A DNA stretch of 64,000 nucleotides from NCBI GenBank assembly GCA_965202585.1, contig OZ241826.1, forward strand, positions 76,384,001 through 76,448,000. The letters run 5' to 3'. The position numbers and the translations under genes were made by a program. The notes beneath the pieces were generated by a model. That model saw only the letters and a list, made by a program, of their open reading frames with translations. It was not told the origin of the DNA and did no database searches. Numbering within the stretch: position 1 is the stretch's first letter; each line of letters opens with the position of its first letter. Below, in pieces: positions 24,157 through 36,200 of this stretch. The DNA is from Thalia democratica. Taxonomy: Eukaryota.

Positions 24157-24978
24157 TCAATTCTGAGGCGGCTTGGGCAGTATTTTCCTGGGCTGCGCAT
24201 TTCTGAACAAAATGATGCTTTTCCCATCTCCAGGCTGGGTTATCCCACTTATTTTGCCACAAGGCTTCGTGGGAAATTTTGCGACGGAGTTGTTGTTATT
24301 CGAGTGTTCACTCTCGACATGTTTACTGTGGCAAGCCTTTTGGTGGTAGTGCAAGTTGTACTTGCTCAGGAAGCTTCGGTCGCACGAACCGCAATCGTGC
24401 CGTTCCAGCTTCAGGTCTTTCGCATCACAAAAGCCTGTTTGTGTAATATGCAGTTATAAAACACGTGTTTGTGTAGAGTTTTGATAGAGTTTATTTAGCG
24501 TTAGAAAGGAAGTTGTGGGTTTTTCGGAATACTGTGCACAACAAAATTTTTGATTTGTTTTTATAACAATTGCTACTATGGTTGGTCAAAAACATACTTT
24601 AAGTAAAAAGATTTAATTGAATAAAAATTACAACTAAAACAACTTTAGTGCACGTTAAGTACCCTAACTTACAAGGGTTATATATTTGTCAAACATTATT
24701 AAATAATATTTTATATATGAACTATTTTTATAATAGTGCTAGTAGTTTTAGCTTCGTATCTTTTTAAAATATGTTAACTTTACCAATGTTATTCACAAAT
24801 AGACATTATGAGTATAAGACAGCTATACCTTAATACTTTTACGTAACTTTAGCTATGCATTTATAACTGTTTTTAAAGATTGTAGAGTCTATAAGGTAGT
24901 GTAATATATTTTTATACAAAAATTAACTGCTTTTTAGTATATATATATATTATATTTTAGTTTAAATAATCACCTTAT

Positions 24979-25010
<32 letters not shown>

Positions 25011-27608
25011 GTATACATAAAGTAACCATTTGTGCTTATTCACAAACATAATAGAGGCATAAAAACATAAAATCTAAACTAATATTTAGGACTTATTAAA
25101 AATAAAGTCACGTCATAACATCTAATAAACAAACTTGAATTTTTCGCAACGGAATTAGCTACTTGAAACAGGTACTTGTTGTGTTCGTCAACATTTACTT
25201 GGGGTTTAATTCCAGGTAAAAGTATTTTTCTTTTCAGTTTGTAACTCTTATTTTTCGTACTGCCTTCAATGTGCTGACGCTTGTCCACAATATTTGGCCT
25301 ACAATCTGAATTTTTTGGAGTTTTTCCACTTTCAACATTGAAGGCAAATTTCAATTCTTGCACATTCTTCTTAATTGTGATGTCATTTGCAGATGCGACC
25401 TTGTTTGCAGTAGTGACGTAGTTTAGAGTTGAGATGTCATTTGCAGATACGACATTATTTGAAGTCGTGACGTAGTTTACAGTTGAGATGTCATTTGCAG
25501 ATGCGACATTGTTTGCAGTCGTGACGTAGTTCACATTTGAGATGTCATTTGCAGATACGACATTGTTTGCAGTCATGACGTAGTTTACATTTGAGATGTC
25601 ATTTGCAGATGCGACATTGTTTGCAGTCGTGACGTAGTTTACAGTTGAGATGTCATTTGCAGATGCGACATTGATTGCAGTTGTGACGTAGTTTACAGTT
25701 GAGATTTTATTTGCTGTTGAGATGTCGTTTGCAATTATGACATCATTTTCAGCTACCCGTTTAGTTGCGGCATCATCCAAAGATAAAATTGAAGACAAAT
25801 TTGGCATTTCTCCTTGTTCAGCTGAAATTTTTATTTTAATTTTAATGTTTACAATAAAAATTGTAAAATTAAGTAATTTAAGTGAAACTTAAGTAGCATG
25901 TAATATTTCTTATAATGTTTAAAGAGAATATTTCTAGTTAAAAGAAAAACATGCAGAAATCAATTGTAGAGTGTTATTATTAAAAATTAGAAAAAGTATG
26001 AGGGTTTGAAATTTTCATGCTTTTTATATCCCGTTATGAAGCAAATATTTATCAAATATATATGATATTACTTTAAATAATAAAGAAATGCGTACAGATT
26101 ACCACTTGTCTTAGAATATTTTTTTAAATGTGCATTTATGCACAGTAATGCTTGATTTTTTATAAATTATACAATACTTTTTAGAAATTTAAGTGTATTA
26201 AGATTTTTAAAGTACTTTATTGATTATGACATACTGAACACAAAGTTTTTTTGATTATCTAGTATAAAAATTTTTAAACTGTTTAAGAACTAATGCTTGA
26301 AACTACGGTTTAAATAGTAATTTTTAATAAAAACTTGATAGGTAAAAACTAATTTTTATTACAAAACATAATTTGTTCTTCATTAATTTAGCCTAAAGGT
26401 CTACTTCATATTAATCAAAAAGTTCGAATTATACTTATGCATTTACTCGCATAACTTATATCTTTAAAGAAGAAGAATAAGTACTGATGTTTTTTCATCA
26501 ATAATATATTTGTGAAACTTATTTAACTTAGCTAGCTGAGCAAAAAGTAACCTAAATTGCAAATTTGCTTGAAATAAGGTTTCTGTGTGAGTTTGGGTTG
26601 AACCTCCAAACTTTCTTTATTTAGTTCTGTACAAGAGGATGGGCTAGAGCTTGCTATCATCTTTGCTGAAAAACACAATCAATGATTATTTACTGATTAC
26701 TAATTTAATTTTCTACAAATTATAAAACTACAAAATAATCGATTTACAATGTTGTTTTTATTCAAACTCGTAAAATTTCTGATGTAGCCTAAAAGCTGTT
26801 AATCAGCTAATTCAGTATTTATCTCTTTATTTCTTTTAAAAACATTGATTAAGTAGTAATACAACTTTAAATTATAAATACCTCGTTTACTCTCAGGTTC
26901 TTGTAAATTTTCTTCTTTTATGACTGGCGTAGTTGCTCGGGAAGACGCACTTGACTTACTTTCATCATTTTCGTTGAGTTTTCTATTAGTTGAGATTTTG
27001 TACTATTAGCAACAAGGTCAAAAAATGTATTGTAAATATCATTATACAAAGTAATCTAGAAAAATTCAACCAGGAGTCAAACCTTAGCTTTAAGACAGAA
27101 CGTTTAATTGAAAACAATTAAAATCAAAAATATCGTTCAATCAAACTAAAAAACAATGACAAATAGATACCTTAAGGTTAAACAACTGAAAAAATTGTAG
27201 AAATTAAAAAAGTTCAAACAAACTTGATCTCCTTCAGAACGGCCCTGTCGCTGCTCTTCATTTTCTTCAACTCAGCGATCAGCTGGTTGTTGACGCTTGC
27301 CAGCTGCTCGTTTTGTTCCAGCAGGCTGCTCACTGTGCGCTCCAGCCACTCATTCCTCTCCTTCTGCTGGTCAAACAAACTCCTCAAGCTCGAAAACAAG
27401 GAGTCGGCCTCCTCCAAGCCCTTCAAAGGCTCAATGTTGAGAGTTTTGAAGGGTTTTGGTGTGTTGAGTTCATTACTGGTTCTTCTGTGCTCCTGTTTTG
27501 GGTCTTGTGGGTGGTGGGACCTCCTATGCTTGGTCAGGTCCGATTTTCTCGAGTAGGTTTTGTAGCAGAGACTGCACGGATACCTGACAATCTGGTTTTT
27601 GTGGGTTG
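24157..27608 (-). CDS. C2H2 zinc finger - leucine zipper - 18-aa tandem repeat - zinc finger protein (5' exon(s) not found; at least 482 aa)
   Basis: Exons 27608-27224, 26982-26882, 25821-25135, 24434-24157; phases 1/2/1/1 are consistent and the stop is at 24157. Finger 1: YPCSLCYKTYSRKSDLTKHRRSH. Zipper: LERTVSSLLEQNEQLASVNNQLIAEL. Possible SUMO motif IKEE. Finger 2: HDCGSCDRSFLSKYNLHYHQKACH. Confidence 0.8.
25375..25735 (-). repeat. Coding minisatellite, 54-bp unit, about 6.5 copies, encoding ANDISTVNYVTTANNVAS
   Basis: The TGTCATTTGCAGA anchor recurs at 25381, 25435, 25489, 25543, 25597 and 25651 (period 54), in frame within the 242-aa ORF of the track. Confidence 0.95.
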
Positions 27609-27929
27609 CTGTGAAGTTGTTTAGTTTTTTACAAATAGTATTAACAAAAAACTATAAAGATTTGTAGCTTAAATGCGTTTGGTAGTACTAATTTATTCTG
27701 ATTTGATAAAAAGACAAATCTAATTAAGTTTCTATAAATGTGCTCAAAAAATTAAAGCATCACTTCAATTTATTGTCAAGTTGTCAGTTTCAAATAAAAA
27801 AAACCTATAAATTATGCAAAAAAAAAAAAAAAGTTTAAACTATACTTGCTAACTAATATTAGAACAATTTATAACTGTATTTTTAAGTCGCTTTTTACAG
27901 ATTTTCAAAACTAAACATAAATTTGATTC

Positions 27930-28461
27930 CAAGTTGGATAGACTACAATAGGTTCTTATGGGAGGTGCAAATTAAAACAGCAAATAACTAGATATCACTA
28001 AAATTCTGTCTTCTCATACATTTTTTGAGATAACTACATCAAACTTTTAGGGTAGGTTCCTTTCAATATTTAAAAAAAATTGTCAGAACAGAGTTAAAAA
28101 TAACTAAAAAATAAAACTTTATAAAAAAAAAATTCTATTTATTATATATATATATATTTATTTAAGTTTTAAAAATTCCTTCGGACAGAAATTTTTAAAT
28201 ATTACAAGAAACATTTCTAGAAGTTAAAGGTATTTATCTTAAAAAACGTAGAAAAAGGTAGATTTTTAGTGAAATATTTATTTATGTTATTTTAGTTGGT
28301 GCCTCGCATAAGGAACCTATTGTTGCTTCCGACTTTAACCTGTCATATCTAAAAAACTATTTTGAATATTTTAAATCAGAAAAAAGGATTTTGTAGCTTA
28401 GTTAAAACTTTATAAAATAAGATTAAATTGTGAAAAAAATGAGTTACCCCCCTCTATGCCC
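27930..28461. mobile_element. Degenerate/truncated copy of the Kolobok-like MITE family
   Basis: One intact end CCCCCTCTATGCCC|TTAA at 28447-28465. Internal inverted pair ATAGGTTCTTATGGGAGG / CCTCGCATAAGGAACCTAT is shared with the copy at 30605. The other terminus was not found, so the left boundary is approximate. Confidence 0.55.
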
Positions 28462-30604
28462 TTAATAGCAGTCATTTTCTTATTTTCCATTCAAAAATTA
28501 TTTCAGATTATTAACAGTTTTATCAAAAATGACTTGAAGAGATTACAAAAAATTCTTAGACTTAGCTTTTTTTTGCTATTTTTATTTCGTAAGATATAGT
28601 ATATAATAAATTTTCTAAAACCTCAAAATATAACTATCATTTATAATGTTTGAAAAATTAACATAAAAAACATTAAGATGTTGCTTGCAAATACCTTAAA
28701 AAACATAGTTTACAAAAAATGTGTTTTTAGCTACTGTATCATATGTTTAAAAATTAGCTATAAACTTTAAACAACTTTTAAAATACTTAAAAAAAAGTTA
28801 AAAAAAACAGCTAAACACAAGCAAATATAACAATTTCTACTTGCCAGCTCACTTTAAGTAAAACTACTAGAAAATTTAAAGGACTTAGAAACATAAAACA
28901 AATTATTTTCAAAAACTTTTCAATTTGTCACTTAGAACTGCATAGTTTTAAATTTTATCAAGGAATTTCTTTAAAATAAAAAAACTTTACAAGAAAAAGA
29001 GATAATAAACTTCAAGTTAGTAGTAGTTATTTTAAAAATGGATTATTAAGGAATGTCTGCTTCTAAAAAATTTCGAATGATTTGTTTAAAGAATGTTTTA
29101 GGTTTTATAATAATTTTAGACAAAAAAAAATCCTACTTCATTAAAAACAGAATCTGGTCCACAGTGTCACATATAATAAAACTTATTATTTCTTTTATGA
29201 AAGACAGAAAACTATTTTTCAAATTATATGTTTTTTTAACAAACCTGGAGTTATTAATACTATTTAAGTCAAGTAAATGAAAACACTACTGTTTGAATAA
29301 AAAATAAATATTTCAGCTAGTACAGCAATTTAACATAAAAGTCTTATTTATTAGGTTAATAAATACAAAGTTTAGTAAACTAAATTTGTAATGAATACAA
29401 AAACTAACCAGTAAATGCTTCCATACTTTCTTTTTAAAACCTTTTTAAATAACAGTAGTATACTTATAAACTGAAATTATAAAAATTCATTTATTTTTTA
29501 ATACAGTGATCAACTTTAACTAATCATAGTTAAAAAAACTAAAACAAAAGTTTATTTTAGCTTTAGAAATTTTTTTTTGTATTTTTTGATAGAGTTGCCA
29601 CTCTTCATTGAGAACATTGTTTGTTGTTTACACAAGATTATCAAGAATAAAAAAATATCAAAATCATTTATTATAAAAAATTTAAAGCATACCAATTACA
29701 AAACACAATTCTATCAATGTGGCTAAATTGATGTTGATTCCTACATTTTCTAAATTTGTATATATAAAAGCTTGAACTGATAAAATTTTTCTGCTTTTGA
29801 TCTAAATTTTCTCAATTTACTATCAACATTATATTCTAATTTACCCTTACTGTTGCTTTCCTTGAATAACTAAACTTGACTATTTTGTACATACAGGTAA
29901 ATTTTTTTAATACACCTATTCAACTTTACTCTAAAAATAATTAAATCAACTGCATGAAGTATTTTATTTGATAGAAAAATCAATAAAAATTATAATATGA
30001 ATTTACTTTTTGATATGAAATCATAAAACCGTATTGGTTATCTTTGAATTTTACTATGTAAAGTTTTTTTTACGGTGTGAGATCCTAATTTGTTTTAGAG
30101 TACAATGTAAATAAAAAACAGTTTAATTATTTTTGAATTTATGAAAGATTTATAGTTACTACATAGATATTATTGACAAAACATTATCTCTTACAGAGGT
30201 TGGTAGAATTTTTATGGTGTTTTAGAATTTATTTTACAAAAAAAAAACTTCTAAAAAATTTACTTTTAGAGATACTTTTTTGTATCCATCTGAGAAAGCT
30301 GTCAATTTTTTTCTTTTAAGCTTAATCAACTTATATACCGAATCAGTCACTTTTCTTTTCATTTAAATTTTATTACCTATAACCTAACAGCTTTTTTTAC
30401 TAAAAATATTGTTTAAAAAAGTTTATTCAATAATTAAGACTACCAGTGACTTTATCACACTTGTAAACCTTAAATTGTATTTTTTAATTGTTAAATCAAT
30501 TCCAATAACTTTTTAATTGACCAAAAATAAAAAGACTAACATTTGCATCTACATTTATTAAATGAATTTATAACGAACTTTGTCTTTTAAGAAGCAAATA
30601 TTAA

Positions 30605-31331
30605 GGCCATAGGGGGGGGGGGTAGGCCATGTTTTTTACAAGTTGATCTTATTTTATAGAGTTTTTACTAAGCTTCAAGTTGGTTTTTACCGTTTTTAAA
30701 AATTTGAATTAGTTTTTGAGATATGACCGGCCAAAGTCGGGCCGCATAACAGGTTCCTTATGGGGAAGGAAAAACTAAAACGGCGAAAAAAGACTAATGC
30801 ATTCAAAATCTATCTCCTCCTTCATTTTTTAAGCAATCTTCTTCAAACTTTCACAGTCTATTCTTTATACAATAACAAAAAAACGTTATTTGTGACTTTA
30901 AAAAATTTCAAGTAAAAATACCTTTTTTTTGAAAAAAAAAAATTTTTTTTGATAAAAAATCACTTTTTTTTTTTAATTTTTGTCATAAAATTTTTATTTT
31001 TTTAAATTATTAAAATTCACAAATAACGTTTTTTTCTCATAATGTAAGGAACATTTCCTGAAAATTTGAAGAAGATTGCTTGAAAAATGAAGGAGAAGAT
31101 AGATTTTAAAGCCCGTTTTTAAAAACTCGAGAAAAACGGCTTTAAAGTTACCCTTTATATACCCTTTTTAAAGACAACCCTTTATATAACCGGTCATAAA
31201 AAAAAAGTTACTTAATATTTTTAAAATCTAAAAAAAGCATCTGAAAGATTATGAAATTTACTATAATATAAGTCTATATGTTATTTTTGGTCAAAAAATG
31301 GCTTCTACCCCCCCCCCCCCCCCCTATGGCC
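30605..31331. mobile_element. 727-bp MITE with TTAA TSD and GG..CC termini (Kolobok-like), largely palindromic
   Basis: TTAA|GGCCATAGGGGGGGGGGGTAG ... CTACCCCCCCCCCCCCCCCCCTATGGCC|TTAA. Internal inverted repeats at about 30808-30855 versus 31059-31108 and about 30874-30900 versus 31014-31036. Confidence 0.85.
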
Positions 31332-31504
31332 TTAACTTATCTAAAAGCTATAAACACAAGAATCCTTACTTTTTTGTAGATGTGTCAACCACTGTGATTT
31401 GATATGTTCTACTCAGAAAGTTATAAAAGCCCCAATTAGGACTCCTAAGCCATCAGGCCACACATTTATATTAAAAGTTGTTAATAAAAAATCAAAGCTA
31501 AGCT

Positions 31505-31824
31505 CAAGGTTGCCACTCTTTAATTTAAAAAACTGTCATGATGACCTTAAACTACCCTTAGTAAAATTAATTTTTTTTTCAAACTCTGAAGAAAAACTTA
31601 TTAAAATCTAAAAAATCACCTTTAAGAAAATTGATTATAAAATAACAAAATATTGAAAATAAATCAAATAAATCTCATTAAAATCTAAAAAAAAAACTGG
31701 TGTGAGATTTTAGAAATCTTAAAACTATCTGAAAATTTTTATACAAAAAAATATCCTGAGTCAACCTGAGCTTAAAATACAAATTCGAAATTTCCTGAGT
31801 TGTCCTGAATGTGCGGCAACCCTG
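31505..31824. mobile_element. Possible hAT-type MITE remnant (CA(A/G)GGTTGCC termini)
   Basis: CAAGGTTGCCAC at 31505 and GGCAACCCTG ending at 31824. No clean 8-bp TSD. Confidence 0.4.
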
Positions 31825-32619
31825 TATGCTTTAACATTTTTTTTACTTAAGTTATATCTAAAAACTTTTACTAGTTATAAAAAATTTAACACTAATAGAA
31901 AATTCAGCTCAACAAGTATTTAGTTGGCATTTCGAAAATTTAGGTTGTGAAAAATTAAATCTCTGATCATTTCTGTACTATTTTCAAAGAATTAACTTAT
32001 AATGACTTTAACAAATAGTTATGACTGATGTCATTTCAATTGCACCAAAAAAAAGACAAAGATTAAAATTATATGGTTTTAAGAGTTGATCAAGTTTTTT
32101 TTTTTATTGGAGGAGATCTTTTGGGAGCATTTATTGTTGAACTATTGCTGCAGAAATGTTATTACTCTTACCAGGCACCTTTACCCAGACAGTAATACTT
32201 GGTGTGGACACCCGATCTACAAGTTAAACAAGCTATAGTGCTCCTACCCTTGTACTGTCCATTATTTCAAGCTTCCTAAGGTAAATTACAGGTGCCTGCA
32301 AAAGCGCTTGGCTATCTTAGTTAATTGCTAAAATAAATATATCAGTAAAAACTTTAAGGTGCCAGTTCCAAGCCTAAGATGCATGAAGCAACAAAAACCT
32401 CCAACAACAATGTGATGTTGAAAATTTGTGGCCTGATAGAAGAGTTTTATATGATTTTTACAGACTTTCTGAGCTGAACATTGCAAGATTGGAAACAAGT
32501 GGTCAAAACATGGGTTTGACACATTAACAAAAAAAAATATAAGTTAAAAAAAAAAAAAATTATTGTAAAAGGTATTGAGTAATAAATAGATAATTAGGAT
32601 CTCAATTATATCAGTATTG

Positions 32620-33215
32620 TTTATTAAACAATAAAAAAAAGCGCTCAAAAAGTTTGGTCTAAGGACCTGGTGTACAAAGAATCCTTTTGGTTTTCAGGTC
32701 ATACACTTGTACAATAAAAGGTTATCTCAACTCAAAACTAACAAACTTCATATTGTACCAATATTAGACAACTATTCAAAACACCTTTAAAATATAAAGA
32801 ACTTTTTCTTTCAAATTTAAAAAATTAACAGATATCCATTTTGTATAGAAATAGAAGGGTTTCGTAAATTCAATTACTTTGAAGTTATTATATTTTTCAA
32901 AAGTTTGCAAAAGTAAGGGAATTTTTTATTCATATTTTGAACAAAACCAGGTCCAAACATCTAACTGAAAAGTGTTATCAATTATCATCACGTCTAATTC
33001 ATTTTATCTACTAGCAAGCGTAATACTTAAATATAACAAAATACTTGAAAGTAAAATATTTCAAAGATACTAAAAATACAATTTTAAATTTTACTAAAAA
33101 AAAATAAGTCCTGAAAATAGTTTAAAATTACGGTTGGTTATTGAACAAACAAAAAAAGCGCTCAAAAGGTTTGGTCTTAGAACCATGTTTACAAAAAACC
33201 TTTTGGTTATCAAGA
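32620..33215 (+). repeat. Diverged direct repeat pair of about 80 bp (32620-32700 and 33137-33215)
   Basis: Shared AAAAAAGCGCTCAAAA(A/G)GTTTGGTCT..G.ACC..GT.TACAAA.AA.CCTTTTGGTT. Confidence 0.65.
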
Positions 33216-36200
33216 TTCAAGTCAGGAATACAGCTTAATTTCTTACCCAGGAGAGTTATTAATAGTTAATTTGTTAGTGATTTTGTTTATATATCTTTTA
33301 CATTTGTAACTTTTGAAAAGCTAATTTCTTAAAAAATTTTACGAAAAACAACTATATTATCAAAAGAAAGATACTAATTTAATTTTTACTATGATGTCTT
33401 TTGTAAAATTTAATGTTGAATATTAGCTTTATATAGAACTATGGAATATCAAATTAATTAACGCTAACTAAAGTAGCTAAGCTGCATAAGTATAAATTAA
33501 AACTGTCAGCTTTTGCTAACTTTCTTAAGTTAAATTCTGAAAGGTATTTCTTATCTTAGGCTGAACAAATTTGTACGGTTATAAGCTACAGTTTGTAACA
33601 ATTTTGCAATCATATTACAAAAATGTTTGTAAAGCCTTGTTGTAAACTACTCAAAACGTAATATTTTCTGAACTTTTTTGATTTTTAATAGTTTTCAAGT
33701 TAATATCTAATTTGATACACACAATACTCATTAATAGAGCTTGGTTATAAATATTCTATAAAACTGCTGAACTATTAACAACGTTTAAAATTTTTCAAAC
33801 TGTTTTAAAAACTAAAAATATTTCTTATAAAGTTTTTTTGGAGTAATCTAAAGCATGTGGTGCTTTTAAAGAAAAAGTTGTACTCACAAAAGTTTAAAAA
33901 AAAGATTAAGCTGTTACTTTCTAAAAAGCAACAAATTACTTAAGTGCTATTTGTATTTTTTTAAGCCATTAATACAACAATTTCAAAATATACGCAAGAG
34001 CAATTTTAGTTTAGTTTGTATAAATAATATAGAAAAAAAGTTTATAAAGCGACTTAAATTATTAATTTTTAAGTAGAAAAAACTAATTGAAAAGGAAATG
34101 TTTACAAACATTAACTTTAAATGTATCGTATCGTTTATAAAGTATCGTTTTCTAATATCCCAACGAGTAACTACAAATGTTTTTAGCTCGTTTTAAGCGT
34201 AAAATGTGCTGTAGCTTTTTTAGTGTTCATTCAATTAGATAAGTAGGAATTTTTAAGTGTTGACTTGAATATTTTTTAAAAAGGATTTTATTACAGTGTT
34301 TCATCATTTTTAAACTATTTAGTTTCGATACACAAAGAAGCAATAATTTTAAGTATAACAAAAGGTTTAAAAGCAAATAGCTTTTGTTAAGATATAGAAC
34401 AGAGTTTGTCAAACTAAATTCGTATATAGCTTCACAAAATAAAACTATTTTGATTTGCAGCGTACTTTAAAGATAAAATACAACCAATGCAGTAGAGAGG
34501 CATTTTAAGGTTTTTTTTTAAATTACAAACCAGATAATTGTAATATGTTTTAGTTTTATGATATTATTTTCTAAAAACTAAGTTTTGTAACTATAATTAA
34601 ACAAAATGAGATATATATCATTTATTTATTGACTTATTTAGGTAGTCTATAACAAAAGTATAAAATACTACCAATAATAACGTAAACAGTTTTTTAACTT
34701 TTCGTTTAAAGAGAGTGAAGAGGAAAAAATAGTATATATATATTTGTTAAAATAGAAAGCATGTTGTAACTTTGTTTAAATTTTGTTAAACAGGTGTTAA
34801 CACTACATCTCCGACCTATTTGATTTATTTGTAACTATATATATATTTTTTATTTATACATGAAAAAATATATATAAAGTTGAAAATCGTACCGAGAGTT
34901 AAAATCCGTCTTCAAGTTAAAAAAAAACAAGTGTTATTTTATTGCTTGTGAATAAACTAAAAACTTGGTTTTATAAGTTTTAAACTAGAAATGTGTTACA
35001 CTTACTTTAAAGAATTATATAAAATATATTTTAAAAAGTCAAAGGAGATTGACAAGTCTTTTTCAAAAGCTTATTCAATTGTTTAACCTAAAAAATAAAC
35101 TTGTTTGAAATTTGTTTGATTCTCTTTGTCTGAGTAGTAGTTGCACGTAGTTTTATTTGACAAAGACAGTTTTATTAGATAAAAACATTTTTATGAACTA
35201 TTTACCACTGTTTCTAACGAGAACGGCATTCATTCGTTCCGAAAAACCTGTTGAACAAGACTGAAATGCTGCTTTTTATGACGTTATATAGGACTATAGA
35301 GTAAAATATCTTGGTCACAGAGAAATACTTGTAGTAATAAATATATTCAGACTTTTATTGGATGATAATACAGTTTTAAGTTGTATTCAACAGACTTTTT
35401 TTTTTTTACATAAAAGTGTTGTTTGGAAGTTATTTAGCGAACAAAATTATTTAAACCAGTCGATTTGATATGGACGTACTGTTTATATACTTTAAAGATC
35501 GGTCGTACTAAAACTTTTTTTATTAAGTAGTCTTAATTAGTATTTAGAAGTGTAATGAATGCTTTTTTATTGAAGAAAACTTAAAATTAGTATAAAATCC
35601 ACAATTTTATTAAACTTTCTCTGCTTATTAAAATTTACATAGATATTTGTTATTTTTTGCTATTTAAGATAAAAGTGGACACTAAATAGTATCAGTTGTT
35701 TAAACTTTATTTTTCTTTTTACAGTGGACATAGTCAAAATAAATAGTAATAGATATTTGAGATTTAAAATTACTAATTAAAATTAATTTTTTATACTTTA
35801 TAGTTGTTTTTAACATTTTTAAAGTATCATATTTGTTAACATATAAAGTTTTCTTCTTCGATTTTTTAATATCATTTAATCCTAAAACCACTGAGTTATT
35901 TTTTAACTAATTATGTTATAATATTTATACTAATTCCCTAATTTTTAAGCACCAAAGTTTTGAAACAATTACACCTTTATAACAAACTTGTTTTATTGTG
36001 TTTTACTTTAGTAACAAAACTAATTAAAAACTAATTGGAAAAGAGTTTTAGTTATTAAAGTTAAAAAAAACATAATTGTATTAGTTTATTTTATTTAACA
36101 AGCTTTGTTTAACACATAATATTTTTTACTTAAATCACTATTGAAGTATAATTTTTCTTAGTATATACGTTTGTAAAAATAGTTTATTTTAAAATTTTTT

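Noticed and set aside
25375-25735. Regularly spaced repeats resembling a CRISPR array
   Set aside because: The would-be spacers are themselves near-identical, the period (54) is a multiple of 3 inside a spliced ORF, the context is eukaryotic and there are no cas genes. It is a coding VNTR.
26882-27002. Alternative acceptor at 27002 or internal GTAAGT donor for the zinc-finger gene
   Set aside because: Phase-incompatible, leading to early stops; the acceptor at 26982 keeps the frame and continues the coiled coil.
27224-27624. Plus-strand ORFs of 110 aa and 103 aa
   Set aside because: Antisense shadows of the GC-rich zinc-finger/zipper exon on the minus strand.
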